Of a DNA stretch of 64,000 nucleotides, positions 9,074 through 24,977 are shown one piece after another. This stretch comes from an uncultured Trueperaceae bacterium. GTDB taxonomy: Bacteria > Deinococcota > Deinococci > Deinococcales > Trueperaceae. The notes beneath the pieces are model-generated. The model saw only the letters and a program-made list of their open reading frames with translations, made no database searches and had not been told where the DNA came from. The first letter of the stretch is position 1. The number at the start of each line of letters is the position of its first letter. Position numbers and translations under genes: made by a program. The stretch is taken from positions 288,001 through 352,000 of the forward strand of contig CAVSGP010000004.1 in NCBI GenBank assembly GCA_963727505.1, in the 5' to 3' direction.

Positions 9074-10266
9074 GACGCCAGCACGCGCGCCGTCCGGGCC
9101 AGCACCTCGTCGATCTGCGCTTCTTCGATCACCAGCGGAGGCAGGAAGCGGATGACCGTGGCGCCCCCGGCGATGGTGAGCACGCCCTCTCGCTTGAGCG
9201 CAGCGATGAGCGGAGCGGCCTTCTCCTTGAGCTCGACGCCGACCATCAGACCCCGCCCGCGCACCTCCCGCACGCGGTCGCCCCCGATGCGGCGCAGGCC
9301 CTCCATGAGGCGCTCCCCCATCGCTTGCGCGTGCTCCATGAGTCCGCGCTCCTCGATCTCCTCGAGCACCGCCAGGCCGGCGGCGCTCGCAAGCGGGTTG
9401 CCACCGAAGGTGGTGCCGTGGCCTCCCTTGGGCATGCTCGCCGCCACGGCGTCGGTCATGAGCAACGCGCCGATCGGCACGCCACCGGCGAGACCCTTGG
9501 CCAGCGTGACCATATCCGGATCCACGCCGTACGCTTCGCTGGCGAGGAAGGTACCCGTGCGTCCCACGCCGCACTGGATCTCGTCGAATACCAGCATCGC
9601 GCCGGCGGCGCTCGCCACCTCCCTGGCGGCGCGCAGGAAGCTCTCGTCGGCAGGGTGGATGCCCCCTTCGCCCTGCAGCGGCTCGAGCAGCACCGCCGCC
9701 ACGTCCTCGTTCACCGCTGCGCGGAGCTCGTCGACGTCGTTGTAGCGGATGAACTCCACGTCCATGGCATAGGGACCGAAAGGCTCGCGATACTTCGGTT
9801 CCCAGGTCATCGGGAGCACACCTAGCGTCCGCCCGGAGAAGCCGCGCTTGGCGGCAACGAAGCGACTCCGACCCGTGGCGGCGCGCGCCCACTTCAACGC
9901 CGCCTCGTTGGCCTCGCTGCCCGAGTTGCACAGGAACACTCGGTTCAGGGGCGCCGGGACGTGCCGGAACAGGCGATCGACGAACGCGGTGCGGGCGTCG
10001 TTGCCGAGGTTCTGCGGACACACGATGAGTCGCTGGGCCTGCTCGGCCACGGCGCGCGCCAGCCTGGGGTTGGCGTGCCCGACGCTGGCCACCGCGATGC
10101 CGGCCATGCAATCGAGGTACTCGTTGCCGTCCAGGTCGTACAGGAGCGCGCCATCGCCACGCACGAACACCGTGTCCGGTTCCCAGAGACCCGAACGATG
10201 CACGGCGTCGCGCGCAAGGAGCTCGGCACTGGTGATGCCCCTACTGCGTTCCTCGATGTCGGTCAT
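9070..10266 (-). CDS. lysJ: [LysW]-aminoadipate semialdehyde transaminase (class III aminotransferase)
   Basis: NSGSEANEAA, FSGRTLG, EPLQGEGG, DEIQCG, LAKGLAGG; lys operon context. Confidence 0.93.
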   Translation of the reverse strand: MTDIEERSRGITSAELLARDAVHRSGLWEPDTVFVRGDGALLYDLDGNEYLDCMAGIAVASVGHANPRLARAVAEQAQRLIVCPQNLGNDARTAFVDRLFRHVPAPLNRVFLCNSGSEANEAALKWARAATGRSRFVAAKRGFSGRTLGVLPMTWEPKYREPFGPYAMDVEFIRYNDVDELRAAVNEDVAAVLLEPLQGEGGIHPADESFLRAAREVASAAGAMLVFDEIQCGVGRTGTFLASEAYGVDPDMVTLAKGLAGGVPIGALLMTDAVAASMPKGGHGTTFGGNPLASAAGLAVLEEIEERGLMEHAQAMGERLMEGLRRIGGDRVREVRGRGLMVGVELKEKAAPLIAALKREGVLTIAGGATVIRFLPPLVIEEAQIDEVLARTARVLAS

Positions 10267-10329
10267 GCGATCCCTTCCTTCCTGGGCGTTGCCGCCATGG
10301 CGGGCGCCGGGCCTGTCGGTCGGACATGT

Positions 10330-11160
10330 CTACGCAACGACGGTGCCCTCGCCCCGCAGGGCGCGCTCGATCGGTTCGGGTACGCGGGCGTCGGCGAACA
10401 CGACGCGCCCCACCCCTCCGGCCACCGCCTCCGCGGCTCCGAGAACCTTCTTCTTCATCCTGTCCTGCGCGATCTCCAAGTACTCCTCGACGCGGGCGGC
10501 GGGGATCTCACGGATCAGGCTGGCCTCGTCCGGGAACGCGGCGAGCAGCCCCGGCACGTTGGAGAGCAGCACCAGCGCCTCGGCCCCGAGCGCGGCCGCG
10601 ACGGCGGCGGCCGCCCTGTCGCCGTCGACGTTCACGGCGACCCCTTCGAAGCTGGCGCCGGGCGGCGTCAGCACCGGCAGGTAGCCGTGGTCGAGAAGCA
10701 GCCGGAGGAGTCCGTCGTTGACGCGCTCCACGGTACCGGTGTGGTCGCCCCGCAAGATGACGGTCTTGCCCTCCTCCACGCTCCGGACGCTCTTCTTGTG
10801 CTTTCCCTCGAACACGCGGCCGTCGAGGCCCGAGAGCCCGACGGCGTTCACGCCGCGTCGCTGCAGTCTCTCGACCAGGCCCTTGTTCATCTTGCCGCAG
10901 TAGACCATCTCGAAGATCTCGAGCGTCTCCCGATCGGTGAAGCGGCTGGTGAAGCCGCTCGGACTCGTCACGAAGCGGGGCGGGTGTCCCAGCGCCTCGG
11001 CCACCCGGTTGGTCTCCGCGCTACCACCGTGCACCAGCAGCAGTCGACGCCCCGCGCTCTGCAGGGCAGCGATATCGTCGCATACGGCGTCGTAGTCGAT
11101 GCCTTCGGACCCGCCCACCTTCACGACCACCAGGCCGCCCATGGCCGCTGCCCCGCTCAC
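10330..11160 (-). CDS. lysZ: [LysW]-aminoadipate kinase
   Basis: VVKVGGS, VHGGS, TSPSGFTSRFTD, NVDGDRAA, RMKKKV. Confidence 0.93.
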   Translation of the reverse strand: MSGAAAMGGLVVVKVGGSEGIDYDAVCDDIAALQSAGRRLLLVHGGSAETNRVAEALGHPPRFVTSPSGFTSRFTDRETLEIFEMVYCGKMNKGLVERLQRRGVNAVGLSGLDGRVFEGKHKKSVRSVEEGKTVILRGDHTGTVERVNDGLLRLLLDHGYLPVLTPPGASFEGVAVNVDGDRAAAAVAAALGAEALVLLSNVPGLLAAFPDEASLIREIPAARVEEYLEIAQDRMKKKVLGAAEAVAGGVGRVVFADARVPEPIERALRGEGTVVA

Positions 11161-11587
11161 GCCGCACCCCGCTCACGGATCATGAATCGCTCCCGGCGTT
11201 CGCCCTGCAGCGGGCCGAACCCGAAGCGGCGGTAGAGGTCGTGCGCATCGCGCGTGAAGAGCGTCCAGTAGCGCACCGTCGAGAGCGCCTCGTAGCCGGT
11301 CACGCACTCCAGCAGGAAGCTCCCCAGTCCGCGTCCGCGCTCCGCGTCCAGCACGAACACGTCGGCGAGGTAAGCGAAGGTCAGCGCATCCGTGACGACG
11401 CGAGCGAAGCCCACCTGGCGTTCGCCCAGATAGAGACCGAAAGGCAGGCTGTGGTCGACCGCTACGCGCAGCTCCTCGAGGCTGCGACCGCGGGCCCAGT
11501 AGCTGTTGGTGAGGAACTCCTGCATCATCGCAAGGTCGAGCCGATCGCGGTCGGTGTCGACCACGGCGTCACCCCGGCGCCATACGC

Positions 11588-11591
<4 letters not shown>
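11157..11591 (-). CDS. GNAT family N-acetyltransferase
   Basis: SYWARGR, QVGFARVVTD, LADVFV..RGRGLG, TRDAHDLYRRFGF; ATGA overlap with the upstream gene. Confidence 0.88.
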
Positions 11592-13968
<2,377 letters not shown>

Positions 13969-14835
13969 TCAGACCGGCACGACCTGCTCGGCGGCGTAGC
14001 GCACCACCCGTACCGGGATGTCGACCCCGGTGGTGGAGACCGAGTTCCGGAACTCCATGGTGTGGTTCACCTCGACGACCAGCAGGCCACGCTCGGATTC
14101 GATGACGTCGACCGCCAGCACGCCCCCGCCGACCGCTCGGGCGGCGGCGGACGCCACCTCGACCAGGTCGTCGGTGAGAGGGCAGTTGCTGGCGCTACCG
14201 CCACGTGCGGTATTGGTGATCCAGTGCTCGCTCGAGCGGTAGATGGCGGCGATCACCTCGTCGCCGACCACGAAGGCGCGGATGTCGCGCCCGGGCTTGC
14301 GCACGAACTCCTGGACGTAGAAGACCTTGTGCTGCGGGCCCCCCAGCACCTCCTTGTGCTCGAGCACGGCCTCGACCGCATCTCGATCCGAGAGCTTGGA
14401 CACCATGCGCCCCCAGCTCCCGACCACCGGCTTCAGCACCACCGGGTAGCCGAAGCGCTCGCACAGCTCCAGCACCGCATCGGTCGTGAACGCCACGCCG
14501 GTGCGCGGGGCGGGAACGCCGGCGGCGGCGAGCGCAGCGTTGGTGGCGAGCTTGTCGCCGCAGGTCTCGATCACCTCCGGCCCGTTGATGACCCGCGCCC
14601 CCGCCGCCGTGTACAGGCGGCTGAAGGCGAGCCCCCGTGTCTGCGACAGACAACGTTCCATCACGACATCGAACGGCGAGCGCTCGAAGCGGCTGAAGTC
14701 CACCGCCTGATGGGGCGCGTAGACCTGCTCGAACGGCACGCCACCGCGCTCGAACGCCTCGAAGAGCATGCGCTCCTCGGGACGCAGGCGGTCGTAGACC
14801 ACGGCGATCCGGGGGTGGGCGGCAACCTCGCTCAA
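13969..14835 (-). CDS. lysX: Alpha-aminoadipate--LysW ligase (RimK-family ATP-grasp)
   Basis: [33 protein letters not shown]. Confidence 0.95.
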   Translation of the reverse strand: MSEVAAHPRIAVVYDRLRPEERMLFEAFERGGVPFEQVYAPHQAVDFSRFERSPFDVVMERCLSQTRGLAFSRLYTAAGARVINGPEVIETCGDKLATNAALAAAGVPAPRTGVAFTTDAVLELCERFGYPVVLKPVVGSWGRMVSKLSDRDAVEAVLEHKEVLGGPQHKVFYVQEFVRKPGRDIRAFVVGDEVIAAIYRSSEHWITNTARGGSASNCPLTDDLVEVASAAARAVGGGVLAVDVIESERGLLVVEVNHTMEFRNSVSTTGVDIPVRVVRYAAEQVVPV

Positions 14836-14838
14836 GGC

Positions 14839-15003
14839 CTACTCTCCCCAGTCCTCGTCCTCCTCGGGGGCCGGCTCGAAGCGCAACGGATCGAGCCCGA
14901 CGACTTCGAGCTCGGCGCCTTCGTCGGTGACCACCAGCTCGCCGAGGGTGAGATTCTCCGGGTCCACATCCACGCGACCGTAGGGGGTGTCGATCGTCTG
15001 CAT
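14839..15003 (-). CDS. lysW: Amino-group carrier protein LysW (cysteine-free variant)
   Basis: 54 aa ending EEDEDWGE, with GAELEVVGLDPL; RBS AAGGAG. Confidence 0.95.
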   Translation of the reverse strand: MQTIDTPYGRVDVDPENLTLGELVVTDEGAELEVVGLDPLRFEPAPEEDEDWGE

Positions 15004-15118
15004 GCCTGGTTCTCCTTCTGGAGCGGCGTGGGAGCGCCGCGGGGTTGGGGCCCGTCTGCCTCGAAGCAGCCCACGTCCGCCTCGGGCCCGCAGCGGACGT
15101 GCGCGGGATGGATGATTC

Positions 15119-15657
15119 TCAGCCGGCACGCTCCGGGGCGGAGGCGTCCTCGCCCGGGAAGCGGCCGTGCTTCTTGAAGAACGCCAGCACCGAGCCTTCG
15201 CTCAGGACCTCCTGCAGGAACTCGGGTACCGGCGGCAGCGAAAGGCTCTCCTCCACACCGTCCTCGCGCAGCCGAACGAGGCGCCCGTGCGCCATCTCCA
15301 GCCTCACCCCGTCGCCGTCGCGCAGCGCATCGACGAGGTCGGGGGCGGCGAAGGCGGGGATGCCGAGGTTGAGGAGGTTGCGGTAGTGGATACGTGCGAA
15401 CGAACGCGCAACGATCGCGCCGACCCCCAGGCGCTTGAGCGCCTGCGGGGCGTACTCGCGGCTCGAGCCCAGACCCCAGTTGCGCCCCCCCACCAGCACG
15501 TCACCGGGCGCCACCTCGGCGGCGAACTCCGGCCGCAGGTGCGCGAAGGCGTAGCGATGGAACACCTCCTCACCGACCATGAGGGGAGCGTACTTGCCCG
15601 GGAGGATGTCGTCGGTATTCACGGCATCGCCGAAGCGCCACACGCGGTTGCCTGCGC

Positions 15658-15661
<4 letters not shown>
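15119..15661 (-). CDS. lysU: Homoaconitase small subunit
   Basis: NTDDILPG, GLGSSREYA, SFARIHYRN. Confidence 0.9.
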
Positions 15662-18302
<2,641 letters not shown>

Positions 18303-18446
18303 TCAACGAAATACGATCAGAAAGGGATTTTCTGTCGATTCCAAGGAGCCGGATCGTCGACGCCGAGGATCGCCTCACGGGTCCCCTCGGCGGCTTGCGA
18401 TTGCCTGGCCGTGCCCGCTCGATACCTACGATTCGTAATGCGTGGT

Positions 18447-19160
18447 TCAGGCCCCGACGAGCACCATGCCGATGGGTACCTCGCCCCGACCGTCCACCTG
18501 CAGTAGCTCCGACAGCTCGTCGTCGTAGAAGTCGGCCAGAAAGTGCGCTGCCAGGCCCATACCGGAGCATCCCAGCACCACGGACTGCGCCGCGGCCCCG
18601 ACGTCCAGGCATAGGTAGCGCAACGCACGACCGTTGCTGCCGGCCCGATGCCGGGCGAAGATCCCCGTGAAGCACAGCGCCACGGCCTGCGCGCCGACGT
18701 CGACCGGGTCGACCAGACTGGCGGTGAAACCGTCGGTCGGATCGCCCGTCGACAGGTGCTCCAGGGTGTGGTCGCGGGGGTTGTAATGGTAGACGCCGGC
18801 GAAGAGGTCTTCGACCTGCCGGGCCACGACGTAGGTCTCGATGCTCGAGACGTCGACCGCCGACAGGTGGGTACGCTCGAAACCGAAGGTGAAGCCGGCC
18901 GCGCCCCACAGGAGCTGCGAGAGCTGCGCCTGCTTGAGGCGCCCGCCCTCGGCCGCACCGTCGCGAGCGGTCGACAACACGCTCCACAGACCCGAGCCCC
19001 CCCGGAGTTGCGGCACCGGCAACGCGGCGACCTCACGCGGGTTGGCGTACACCTTGAACGGCGGCGCCACCCGCGTACGCGTGCGCGGCACGTTGCCGCG
19101 GCGGTACTTCGTTTGGGCATGGAACTCTGCCCCTATCGACTTGTCACGGCTGTGAGCCAC
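18447..19160 (-). CDS. SagB/ThcOx-type nitroreductase-fold protein, degenerate motifs
   Basis: FHAQTKY, PFKVY, LSQLLW, IETYVV, GVYHYNP..HTL, LDVG, FYDDEL; GTG start after GGAG. Confidence 0.82.
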   Translation of the reverse strand: MAHSRDKSIGAEFHAQTKYRRGNVPRTRTRVAPPFKVYANPREVAALPVPQLRGGSGLWSVLSTARDGAAEGGRLKQAQLSQLLWGAAGFTFGFERTHLSAVDVSSIETYVVARQVEDLFAGVYHYNPRDHTLEHLSTGDPTDGFTASLVDPVDVGAQAVALCFTGIFARHRAGSNGRALRYLCLDVGAAAQSVVLGCSGMGLAAHFLADFYDDELSELLQVDGRGEVPIGMVLVGA

Positions 19161-19393
19161 GGGTGCTCCCACGCGAGTCTAGCACCCGGCGCGTGTCCCC
19201 TCGGCGACCTCGATCGAAGGCGCCACGACGGCGATGCCGACGGCGTCTCCGGCACCGTTGCGGGACCCGTCGGCCCGTCCGCCGCGACGGCGAGCGCCGC
19301 GCCCGAGGCAGGGTGGGGAGGCCCGGGCGGGGAGGCCCGGGCTGGCGCTGCGGCGGACCGCCACCAACCCGGCGCCGAGGGTACCCTGGCCGG

Positions 19394-20443
19394 GTGAGAC
19401 GCGCCCTCGCGAGCTGGTTCACCGAGCATGGCCGGTCCCTGCCGTGGCGGCCCATGGACACACGCGCTCTCCACGCGCCGCGGGACCCGTACGCGGTGCT
19501 GGTCTCCGAAGTGATGCTGCAGCAAACGCGGGTCGAAGCGGTGGTGCCCTACTTCGAACGCTGGATGCGCCGCTTCCCCGACGTCCACAGCCTGGCAGTC
19601 GCCGATGAAGACGAGGTCCTCAAACGGTGGCAGGGGCTCGGCTACTACCGCCGTGCGCTGCGCCTGCACGAAGCGGCCAGGCTGGTGGCTCTGCAACGTG
19701 CCGGCGTCTTCCCTACCACCCGCGCCGAACTCCAGGCCCTCCCCGGTGTCGGCGGTTACACCGCGGCTGCGGTCGAGGCGCTGGCCTATGGCCGGGACAC
19801 GATCGCCGTGGACGGCAACGTGCGGCGCGTGGCCGCGCGCTTGCTGGCCTGGTCCGCCCTGCCGCCCGACCGGGAGGTCGAGCGCGCGCTGGCCGACCTG
19901 CTCGACGACGACACGGCCGCGGGAGCGGATCCGCGCCCGCCGGAGCCTCCGCTCGCTGAGGCGCTGATCGAGCTGGGGGCCCTGGTGTGCACGCCGCGCA
20001 CGCCGGCCTGCCAGCGGTGCCCGTTGGAGCCCCACTGCCGGGCGGCGGCACGCGGGACGCCCGAGGCCTTCCCGATTCCGAGGGCGCGCAGGGCGACGCC
20101 CCGGCGCCGGCGCTTCGCGCTGGTGGCGCTCGAGGCCGACCGCCTGTGGCTGCGACGCCGCGGCCGGAACGAGATGTTGAGCGGCCTGTGGGGGTTCCCG
20201 CAGGTCGTGAGCGCTCCGGATGGCGCACGCTGCCTGACGAGCGTGCGCCACAGCTACAGCCACTTCCACCTCGAGCTGGTGCCCGCGTTGGTCGAGCCGG
20301 CCCACCCGGTGGTAGCCCGCGCCGCCGACGCCACGCCGCGACCGCTGGCCGATCTTCCGGGCCTGGCCCTGTCGGGCGTCGACCTTCGGGTGCTCGAGCG
20401 GCTCCGGCAGGAAGGGCTGCTGCCCGGACCGGCGTTAAGCTGA
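19394..20443 (+). CDS. mutY: A/G-specific adenine glycosylase
   Basis: VSEVMLQQT, WQGLGYYRRA, LPGVGGYTA, VDGNVRRV, Fe-S motif CTPRTPACQRCPLEPHC, HSYSHFHL; GTG 6 nt after TACCCT. Confidence 0.92.
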   Translation: MRRALASWFTEHGRSLPWRPMDTRALHAPRDPYAVLVSEVMLQQTRVEAVVPYFERWMRRFPDVHSLAVADEDEVLKRWQGLGYYRRALRLHEAARLVALQRAGVFPTTRAELQALPGVGGYTAAAVEALAYGRDTIAVDGNVRRVAARLLAWSALPPDREVERALADLLDDDTAAGADPRPPEPPLAEALIELGALVCTPRTPACQRCPLEPHCRAAARGTPEAFPIPRARRATPRRRRFALVALEADRLWLRRRGRNEMLSGLWGFPQVVSAPDGARCLTSVRHSYSHFHLELVPALVEPAHPVVARAADATPRPLADLPGLALSGVDLRVLERLRQEGLLPGPALS

Positions 20444-20446
20444 GCC

Positions 20447-20887
20447 ATGGCCGCGACCGCCGACCCGCCCGACGAGAGCCCGGTCCTTCACCTGCGGGTG
20501 CGCTTCGCCGAGACCGACCAGATGGGCATCGCCCACCACGCCGTCTACCCGGTGTGGATGGAGGCCGGACGCGTGCAGTGGCTGAGGGCGCACGGACTCT
20601 CCTACCGCGGCATCGAGGAGAGCGGCGTGTCGCTGGCGGTCTCGGGGCTCGAGCTGCGCTACCGCCGGGCCGCCCGCTTCGACGATCTCGTCGCGGTCCA
20701 CACCCACCTGAGGGTCGCGCGGAGCCGTGCCATGCGCTTCGAGTACCGCCTGACGAGGGTGGACGACGGCGGCCTGCTCGCGACGGGCGCCTCCGTCCAC
20801 GTCCCCACCGACCGGCGCGGCCATGCGGTGCGGCTTCCCGAGACGTGGCTCACGCCGATCGCGGCGCTCGTCGAGCCGACGTCCTGA
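20447..20887 (+). CDS. Acyl-CoA thioesterase (YbgC/FadM hot-dog family)
   Basis: RVRFAETDQMGIAHHAVY..WMEAGR, ARFDD. Confidence 0.9.
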   Translation: MAATADPPDESPVLHLRVRFAETDQMGIAHHAVYPVWMEAGRVQWLRAHGLSYRGIEESGVSLAVSGLELRYRRAARFDDLVAVHTHLRVARSRAMRFEYRLTRVDDGGLLATGASVHVPTDRRGHAVRLPETWLTPIAALVEPTS

Positions 20888-20977
20888 GCGCTGCGTGGGC
20901 CCTACCGGTGCCGGCGTGAGGCGCCCGTATACTGTCGCAATGCCGCGCCCGCGAAGCGCGCGACCGCGAGGTGAACC

Positions 20978-22483
20978 ATGACCGAGACCGCGCAGATCCT
21001 ACCGAACCGCGAGCGCACCCGCTCCGCCAAGATCATCGGTGAAGCCCTGACGTTCGACGACGTCCTGCTGGTGCCCGCCCACTCCGCCGTGCTTCCGCGT
21101 GACGTTTCGGTCGTGTCCCGTTTCTCCCGGTCGATCGAGCTCGGGATCCCCGTCGCCTCCGCGGCCATGGACACCGTCACGGAGACGAAGATGGCCATCT
21201 CCATGGCGCGCCAGGGCGGCATCGGCGTGATCCACAAGAAGATGGCGGTCGACGTGCAGGCGGAGATGGTGCGCAAGGTCAAGCGCTCCGAGTCGGGCAT
21301 GATCGTCGATCCCATCACTCTGGGGCCGGGGGCCACCCTGGAGCAGGCCGAGCACCTGATGAGCGAGTACCGCATCAGCGGCGTGCCGATCGTCGACCCG
21401 CAGGGGCGGCTGCTCGGCATCCTCACCAATCGTGACCTGCGCTTCGAGACCGACTTCGCGCGCCGCGTCGACGAGCTGATGACCTCGCAGAACCTGGTGA
21501 CGGTCCCGGTGGGCACCACGCTCGAGAAGGCGCGCGAGATGCTGCGCCAGCACAAGGTGGAGAAACTGCTGGTGGTCGACGAGGCCAACATCCTGCGTGG
21601 CCTCATCACCATCAAGGACATCCAGAAGAAGTTGGACTACCCCGACGCCGCCAAGGACGCGCTCGGCCGCCTGCGGGTGGCCGCCGCCGTCGGGGTCTCC
21701 CAGGACCTCGAGGCCCGCAGCGCTGCGCTGGTCGAGGCGGGCGTCGACGCGCTGGTGCTCGACAGCGCGCACGGCCATTCCCAGGGCATCCTCGACGCTC
21801 TGGTCTACCTCAAGGAGTCCTACGAGGTGGACGTGGTGGCCGGCAACATCGCCACCCCGGAAGCCGCCGCCGACCTGATCGATCGCGGCGCCGACGCGGT
21901 CAAAGTCGGGGTGGGGCCCGGCAGCATCTGCACCACCCGGGTGGTGACCGGCGTGGGCATGCCGCAGCTCAGCGCCATCCTGTCCATCGCAGAGCTCACG
22001 GGCGAGGCCGACATCCCACTCATCGCCGACGGCGGCATCAAGTTCACCGGCGACGTCCCCAAGGCGCTGGCGGCCGGCGCCGACAGCGTCATGGTGGGAG
22101 GGCTGCTGGCCGGGACCAGTGAGGCGCCCGGCGAGGACATCCTGCGCGACGGCCGCCGCTACAAGGCCTACCGCGGCATGGGCAGCCTGGGCGCCATGGC
22201 GGGCGGCAGCGCCGATCGCTACTTCCAGGAGGACGCCAAGAAGCACGTTCCCGAAGGCATCGAAGGGATGGTCGCCTACAAGGGGCCGGCCGAGGACGTG
22301 CTCTTCCAGCTGATCGGCGGGTTGCGCTCGTCGATGGGCTACTGCGGGGCGCCCGACGTGCCCGCCCTGAAGCGCTCCGGCCGCTTCGTGCAGATCACCC
22401 AGGCGAGCCTCGTCGAGTCCCACCCGCACGACGTGACCGTCACCAAGGACGCCCCCAACTACTCGCTGAAGCGCCGCTCCTGA
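20978..22483 (+). CDS. guaB: IMP dehydrogenase (with CBS pair)
   Basis: [40 protein letters not shown]. Confidence 0.97.
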   Translation: MTETAQILPNRERTRSAKIIGEALTFDDVLLVPAHSAVLPRDVSVVSRFSRSIELGIPVASAAMDTVTETKMAISMARQGGIGVIHKKMAVDVQAEMVRKVKRSESGMIVDPITLGPGATLEQAEHLMSEYRISGVPIVDPQGRLLGILTNRDLRFETDFARRVDELMTSQNLVTVPVGTTLEKAREMLRQHKVEKLLVVDEANILRGLITIKDIQKKLDYPDAAKDALGRLRVAAAVGVSQDLEARSAALVEAGVDALVLDSAHGHSQGILDALVYLKESYEVDVVAGNIATPEAAADLIDRGADAVKVGVGPGSICTTRVVTGVGMPQLSAILSIAELTGEADIPLIADGGIKFTGDVPKALAAGADSVMVGGLLAGTSEAPGEDILRDGRRYKAYRGMGSLGAMAGGSADRYFQEDAKKHVPEGIEGMVAYKGPAEDVLFQLIGGLRSSMGYCGAPDVPALKRSGRFVQITQASLVESHPHDVTVTKDAPNYSLKRRS

Positions 22484-22514
22484 GTCCGGGCGGCACCGGA
22501 AGCGGCGCGGAAGC

Positions 22515-24098
22515 TCAGATGCGCACGGCGAAGGCGCCCTCGGCCCCGATCGAGGTGTAGGCCGCCATCGTCGGTTGGATCCCGAACTTCAGGAAGGCCC
22601 CGAACGGGCTGAGCACGCGCTCGGACGGCTGGCCGAGCGGGAGCAGGTGGGCGCGAAGGCGCTCGAACTGCGCCCCTGTGATGGCGTCTTCGCGGGCCAG
22701 CGCGGCCGCCGTCTTGCTCCGGAGACGCTGAAGCGTGTTCTCCAGGTAACCGCGTCCCCGGTCGACCGTCCCCTGCAGGGTGGGATCGATCCCCTCCACC
22801 GAGACGAGCAGACGATCCATAGCACGTTCGAGATCGTCCGCGGTCGAGCGGAAGCGCTCGCCGTGGCCGCTCCGCTCGAGCACCACGCGCTCCAGGCAAC
22901 CCTCCGGGTCCGCCTGGAAGGCGGCCACGTCGAGGCCGTACTTGTCGAGGATGCGCGCGACCGGCGGCTCGACCAGTGTGGCGGTGGCCCGCGGCCACAC
23001 CAGCGGCATCGGCACCCCGTGGCGCGCGTACACGCCCCTGAGTTGCGCGAAGTAGCGCAGCTCGCCCGGCCCCAGCACCACCACGGCCGTGGGCAGCACG
23101 GCGTCCTGCACCACCGGCCGCAGGCCGGCCGCGGGCGTGAGCGAGGCGGCGTCCTGTTCGAGCCGGGCGCGCACGTCGTCGATCGACAGCACCCGACCCT
23201 CCAATCGGAAGTTCCGACCTTCGTGCCGCAGCAGCACCCGGCGCGGCGTGGCGCCGTCGCCGACCTCGAGGAACAGGTTGGTGGCGTCGGCGCCGCGACC
23301 GAGTTGTGGATCGAAACCCAGCCGCCGCAGCCGCCGGGCGGCCCGGTTGACCTCGGCAACGCTCTCCTCCGGCCGCTCCAGCTCGCGCTCGAGCACCGGC
23401 CTGAGCAGGGGGGCGGTCTCGGCGTGCATGGGGTCGAACAGCACCAGTCCCTGGTCGCCGAGAAGCCGGTAGAGCACCGCGGCGAACCAGTCGGCGTAGG
23501 TCACGGCCGGCCCGGCCGACTCCCACAGCAGAGCCACCACCTCGTCGCGGAAAGGTGCCGCCGGGCGCATGGCGTCGATGCCCTGCACCACGCCGTCCAC
23601 CATCGCCTCCGTCAGGCGCACCCGTCCGGCAGGCGCGTCTTCCGGCAGACCGACGCTCAGGTGGTGCAGTCGTTCCTCGCCGTCAAGCAGGTGCGCGTGG
23701 TCGATCTCGGCGGTGTCGTGATCCTGGCTGGCGAGCCAGAACACCGGCACCACCGGCCGGTCCTCGCGGTCCAGACGGCGGGCGAGCTTCACGGCGGTGA
23801 TCGCCTTGGAGAGCGTGTATGCGGGCCCGAGCAGCAATCCCGTCTGCTGGCCGGTCACGACCGCGCGCGACGCAGGGTGCTCGAGCCGCTCAAGGCTCTC
23901 GAACACCGCCCGCGGCGCCCCCAGCGCGCCGGCGTGGCTGCGCATCGCCGCGGCGAGGGCGGGGCGCCCGGCGGGGCGCGGCACCCGCAGGGCCGCATCG
24001 ACGTCTCCCGCCGGTAGATCGAAGAACTCGCTCAGGCCCCCAGACCGGTAGTGGTCCAGGAAGCTCGTACGGGACGGCGGCGCATCGTCGCGGGACAC
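22515..24098 (-). CDS. bshC: Bacillithiol biosynthesis cysteine-adding enzyme
   Basis: VVTGQQTGLLLGP, VFWLASQDHD, LRPVVQDAVLP, GPGELRY, PSERV; GTG start 5 nt after TAAGCT. Confidence 0.92.
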   Translation of the reverse strand: MSRDDAPPSRTSFLDHYRSGGLSEFFDLPAGDVDAALRVPRPAGRPALAAAMRSHAGALGAPRAVFESLERLEHPASRAVVTGQQTGLLLGPAYTLSKAITAVKLARRLDREDRPVVPVFWLASQDHDTAEIDHAHLLDGEERLHHLSVGLPEDAPAGRVRLTEAMVDGVVQGIDAMRPAAPFRDEVVALLWESAGPAVTYADWFAAVLYRLLGDQGLVLFDPMHAETAPLLRPVLERELERPEESVAEVNRAARRLRRLGFDPQLGRGADATNLFLEVGDGATPRRVLLRHEGRNFRLEGRVLSIDDVRARLEQDAASLTPAAGLRPVVQDAVLPTAVVVLGPGELRYFAQLRGVYARHGVPMPLVWPRATATLVEPPVARILDKYGLDVAAFQADPEGCLERVVLERSGHGERFRSTADDLERAMDRLLVSVEGIDPTLQGTVDRGRGYLENTLQRLRSKTAAALAREDAITGAQFERLRAHLLPLGQPSERVLSPFGAFLKFGIQPTMAAYTSIGAEGAFAVRI

Positions 24099-24242
24099 GC
24101 GACAGCTTACCCTCCGGGTACTGCGGGGGAAGTCGCGTGCTACGCACGCGAGGGCGCGGGAATCGTGCGCGCCTCGTGGTAGAATCCCGTTCGTGCGTCT
24201 GCGCGGCTCTCCGCGCCGCCGCGACCGGCGCAACCCCCACGT

Positions 24243-24977
24243 ATGCGCATCCACACCGACCTCACCCCCACCGGCAGCTACCACGACGTCGTCGTCCTGG
24301 TCGACGTTCTACGGACCTGTACGGTGGCTCCGCTGCTGTTCGAGCGCGGGCTCACCGAGCTGGCGCTCACGCCCAGCCTGCGCAGCGCACGCGCGGCCGC
24401 CCGAGAGGGCTGGCTGCTGCTGGGCGAGCGCCAGGGCGTGCCGGCGGAGGGGTTCAACTACGGCAACTCCCCCGCGGAGCTCACGGGCATCGACGTCACG
24501 GGCAAGCGAGCGGTGATGGTGTCGGAGAACGCGCCGCACTGGCTTCCCCAGATCGCGGACGCCCGACGCGTGCTTCTCGGCTCGCTCTACAACGCCTCCG
24601 CCGTGGCCGAGGTGGCGTCGCGCCAGGCCCTGGAGAGCATCGACCTGGTCGGCTCCGGCTTCGAAGGCGAACCCGACCTCGACGATGCGCTCGCCGCCGG
24701 CGTGCTGGCGGCGATGTTGGCAGAGCGCCTGCCCACGGCCGCGCGCAGCGGCGCCACCCGCTTCGCCCTCAGTCTGCTGCGCGCCTTCCCAGACCCGATG
24801 GAAGCGCTGTGGCAGTCGGTCTCCGGGCACTATCTACGGCGGGTCGGGCTCGAGCGTGACCTGGCGTTCTCGGCCCAGATTTCGGCCAGTAGCGTCGTGC
24901 CGCAACTGGTGGGCCGCCAGCCGGGTGCCGGCAGCGCCCCCCTCTACCTGTTCGCGCCCGCGCCCCGCCCGAGCTGA
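24243..24977 (+). CDS. comB: 2-phosphosulfolactate phosphatase (ComB) family protein
   Basis: VDVLR, LGERQG..GFNYGNSP. Confidence 0.8.
   Translation: MRIHTDLTPTGSYHDVVVLVDVLRTCTVAPLLFERGLTELALTPSLRSARAAAREGWLLLGERQGVPAEGFNYGNSPAELTGIDVTGKRAVMVSENAPHWLPQIADARRVLLGSLYNASAVAEVASRQALESIDLVGSGFEGEPDLDDALAAGVLAAMLAERLPTAARSGATRFALSLLRAFPDPMEALWQSVSGHYLRRVGLERDLAFSAQISASSVVPQLVGRQPGAGSAPLYLFAPAPRPS

Noticed and set aside
13969..15003. LysX and the small acidic peptide as an ATP-grasp RiPP or amino-carrier secondary metabolite system
   Set aside because: The EDWGE carrier and the full lysSTUWXYZJK context indicate primary lysine biosynthesis.
18447..19160. Thiazole/oxazole RiPP cluster
   Set aside because: The SagB-like gene has no YcaO, precursor peptide or transporter nearby.
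19183..19393. N-terminal extension of MutY or a small ORF in the divergent gap
   Set aside because: Low-complexity GC-rich sequence with no convincing start; the leaderless GTG at 19394 explains MutY.
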